Sequence record: OP870145.1
Origin: Escherichia phage vB_Eco_F26
DNA: 64,000 bases
Strand: one strand, 5' to 3'
Part shown: in pieces, positions 62,110 through 64,000 of the stretch
Layout of the letters: every line of letters begins with the position of its first letter
Position numbering within the stretch: position 1 is the first letter of the stretch
Position numbers and translations under genes: made by a program
Notes under the pieces: generated by a model
Seen by the model: the letters and a program-made list of their open reading frames with translations, nothing else
Database searches by the model: none
Told to the model about the DNA's origin: nothing

Positions 62110-62131
62110 TTTTGTTCCTCCGTAGTTGATA

Positions 62132-62166
62132 GGGTAATAGTACCACGGTCCTTGTGGTATGTAAAC
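62132..62166 (-). promoter_or_regulatory. early promoter with conserved leader
   Basis: minus strand GTTTACataccacaaggaccgtgGTACTATTAccctatcaactacggaggaaca. Confidence 0.45.
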
Positions 62167-62182
62167 TAGTTTATGAAAATTT

Positions 62183-62740
62183 TTAGATGGAAAGATACCA
62201 TCCGTTGTAGTTGCTTTTTCGCACTACCTTACGAAGGTCTTCTCTATCCCCAATGAACTTCGGAGTGTACTGGATGACACCTGGATGAATTTCTTTAGTG
62301 TTGAATATAATTATACAGTCCGCGACTTGATGATTTAGAATGGGCCCTAGATTTATTCCAGAACCGTATGGATACTCTCCGCTGCATCCTGTTGTTACCG
62401 AAATCCAACGTGAGTCAGTTTGATGTGTCTTAACTTCTACACGAAGCCCACAGTATTTTGGATGTGCTAAAACATCCCATGCATATGTGTACGGATCATC
62501 GACATCTTCTTGGCCTTTATTGACATATCCGCTTAGCCAATCTGCCACAAAAAACTCTGCGTACACAGCGATACGGCATCTTTCAATAACTTCTGCTTTA
62601 TCCTGGTTCGGGTTTTGTTTTAAAGAGTATCTTGCTGTATCAGCAATTTTGACCTTCATTTCACTAGTCAAGTTACTGTTCGATAGTGTAAATGTCGGAA
62701 TCTGAAATAGTCTCTGCAAACCCGGATTCGTTTTCTGCAT
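62183..62740 (-). CDS. denB: endonuclease IV
   Basis: 185 aa; T4 synteny next to rIIB. Confidence 0.75.
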   Translation of the reverse strand: MQKTNPGLQRLFQIPTFTLSNSNLTSEMKVKIADTARYSLKQNPNQDKAEVIERCRIAVYAEFFVADWLSGYVNKGQEDVDDPYTYAWDVLAHPKYCGLRVEVKTHQTDSRWISVTTGCSGEYPYGSGINLGPILNHQVADCIIIFNTKEIHPGVIQYTPKFIGDREDLRKVVRKSNYNGWYLSI

Positions 62741-62823
62741 TTAAACTTTCCTTTTATGTCTGAATCACTGGTATTCATATAAATCATAATTTCTCTTAAA
62801 ACAAAAGGGCCGAAGCCCTTATT

Positions 62824-63018
62824 TTATTTGAATTGTGCAATTCTTTTCTCTAGACATTCAGCATAAGATTTCATTGAGATGAACTGTGAAAGTAGTAGTT
62901 CTTGCTCAACTTCACTAACTGTTAGAAACTTTGCGCTTTCTAAAAATTTACTCAGTGCATTAATTTTGAGCATTAATTGATCGTATTCTTCTTTTACTCG
63001 TGCTTGATAACCTAACAT
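62824..63018 (-). CDS. hypothetical protein
   Basis: 64 aa ORF flanked by GC hairpins. Confidence 0.4.
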   Translation of the reverse strand: MLGYQARVKEEYDQLMLKINALSKFLESAKFLTVSEVEQELLLSQFISMKSYAECLEKRIAQFK

Positions 63019-63050
63019 AATTTTCCTTGATGTGATAAGGGCCGAAGCCC

Positions 63051-63989
63051 TTATTTAAATTGTTCAGTAACGTCTTCAACTACTTCGTATTGGCAGGTAC
63101 GCATTTTAGCATCGTTGTAATCAATCGGAATTGATACTACATCACGCGGATGTACTTTAACTTTTACAACTCGGCTGGTTGAACTGCCAAAGTGACGAAT
63201 ATAAGATTTAGAACACACATGCAGACCACGAGAACAAGTCTGTGTATCATCGTCATTCACACGAGTACGCGGCATTTTAACTACTTTACCCGGACTGTTA
63301 TCAAAGGTGTTTGAGTGACAGTCAAAGTAATTGCTGCGAACTACTTTCCAAGCATAGAAGTAACCATCTTCTGTAATTTCAATATCGTTTGCTACCAAGA
63401 AATCAAAGAGTCGAGATACCGCTTTTTGGCTTGGGTTTTCCAGCAGATTTTCCAAGAACGGGAAATAAAATTCAAAGTTTTCGCCTTTTTCCATCGAGTC
63501 AAGAATACGATCAATTAAACCAGACCGCAATTCAATATTTTGATAGAACAAGCTTCCACCTTCAATTCGAACATCACCGGAAATATATTTTTCAACAGCG
63601 CGACGAACGTTAATTTTTTGTGCCGCTTCTTCCAACTTATCCGCTACAAGCAGATTAAGAATTTCCTGGAAGTTTGAATGAGTATTAGGAGTTGCGTTAT
63701 AAGTTACGCCATCAACAGTAATTGAAATGAATTTTTTAGATGCATTCCAAATAATGTCAGATTTAGCAACTGGAGCAATAACTGCATCGCTATTAACTTT
63801 AACTGTAATATCACCGCTAATAGTAACTTTAGGGCGTTTAGCTTCTTCAGCATTTTTCAAAACACGACGGATTGTGTCAACCGATACACCTTGCCAATCA
63901 GCCAATTCCTGTTGGGTGTAATTACCACTTGAATACAGTTTAACAATTTCAGCTTGTTCGTTTTTGGTCAGGCATTTAATATTGTACAT
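63051..63989 (-). CDS. rIIB: rIIB
   Basis: 312 aa, same length as T4 rIIB; window ends 11 nt upstream of start. Confidence 0.85.
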   Translation of the reverse strand: MYNIKCLTKNEQAEIVKLYSSGNYTQQELADWQGVSVDTIRRVLKNAEEAKRPKVTISGDITVKVNSDAVIAPVAKSDIIWNASKKFISITVDGVTYNATPNTHSNFQEILNLLVADKLEEAAQKINVRRAVEKYISGDVRIEGGSLFYQNIELRSGLIDRILDSMEKGENFEFYFPFLENLLENPSQKAVSRLFDFLVANDIEITEDGYFYAWKVVRSNYFDCHSNTFDNSPGKVVKMPRTRVNDDDTQTCSRGLHVCSKSYIRHFGSSTSRVVKVKVHPRDVVSIPIDYNDAKMRTCQYEVVEDVTEQFK

Positions 63990-64000
63990 AATTTTCCTTA

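Noticed and set aside
62795-63060. Repeated GC hairpins as a possible CRISPR-like array
   Set aside because: Single hairpins separated by genes, with no regular repeat-spacer periodicity; consistent with terminators.

Overview
This window is a contiguous segment of a T4-like (Tevenvirinae) myophage genome, running from the 3' end of the major capsid gene 23 to rIIB in T4 gene order. All calls rest on reading the supplied ORF translations and the raw sequence against remembered T4 biology; no database search was run. The conserved backbone is present: 24, rnlB, hoc, inh, uvsW/uvsY, the baseplate hub genes 25-26-51-27-28-29-48-54, alt, DNA ligase 30, rIII, 31, cd, pseT, alc, rnlA, denA, nrdB, nrdA, td, frd, 32, 59, 33, dsbA, rnh, the long tail fibre genes 34-38, holin t, asiA, arn, motA, 52, ac, stp, ndd, denB and rIIB. 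The accessory content is the interesting part. (1) nrdA is broken into two ORFs at the active site by a Mob-type HNH endonuclease gene, and the new termini carry oppositely charged tails. (2) A 530-aa ORF with a Vsr-like nuclease core sits between nrdA and nrdB. (3) A second Mob-type HNH gene is inserted between uvsW and uvsW.1, with a TTG start overlapping the uvsW stop. (4) td and nrdB each carry a group I intron (intact I-TevI; truncated I-TevIII-like ORF). (5) A ~55-bp early-promoter/stem-loop cassette occurs twice, one copy abutting a decayed duplicate of the alt 5' end. (6) Hoc has four Ig-like repeats. No tRNA genes or CRISPR arrays were seen.
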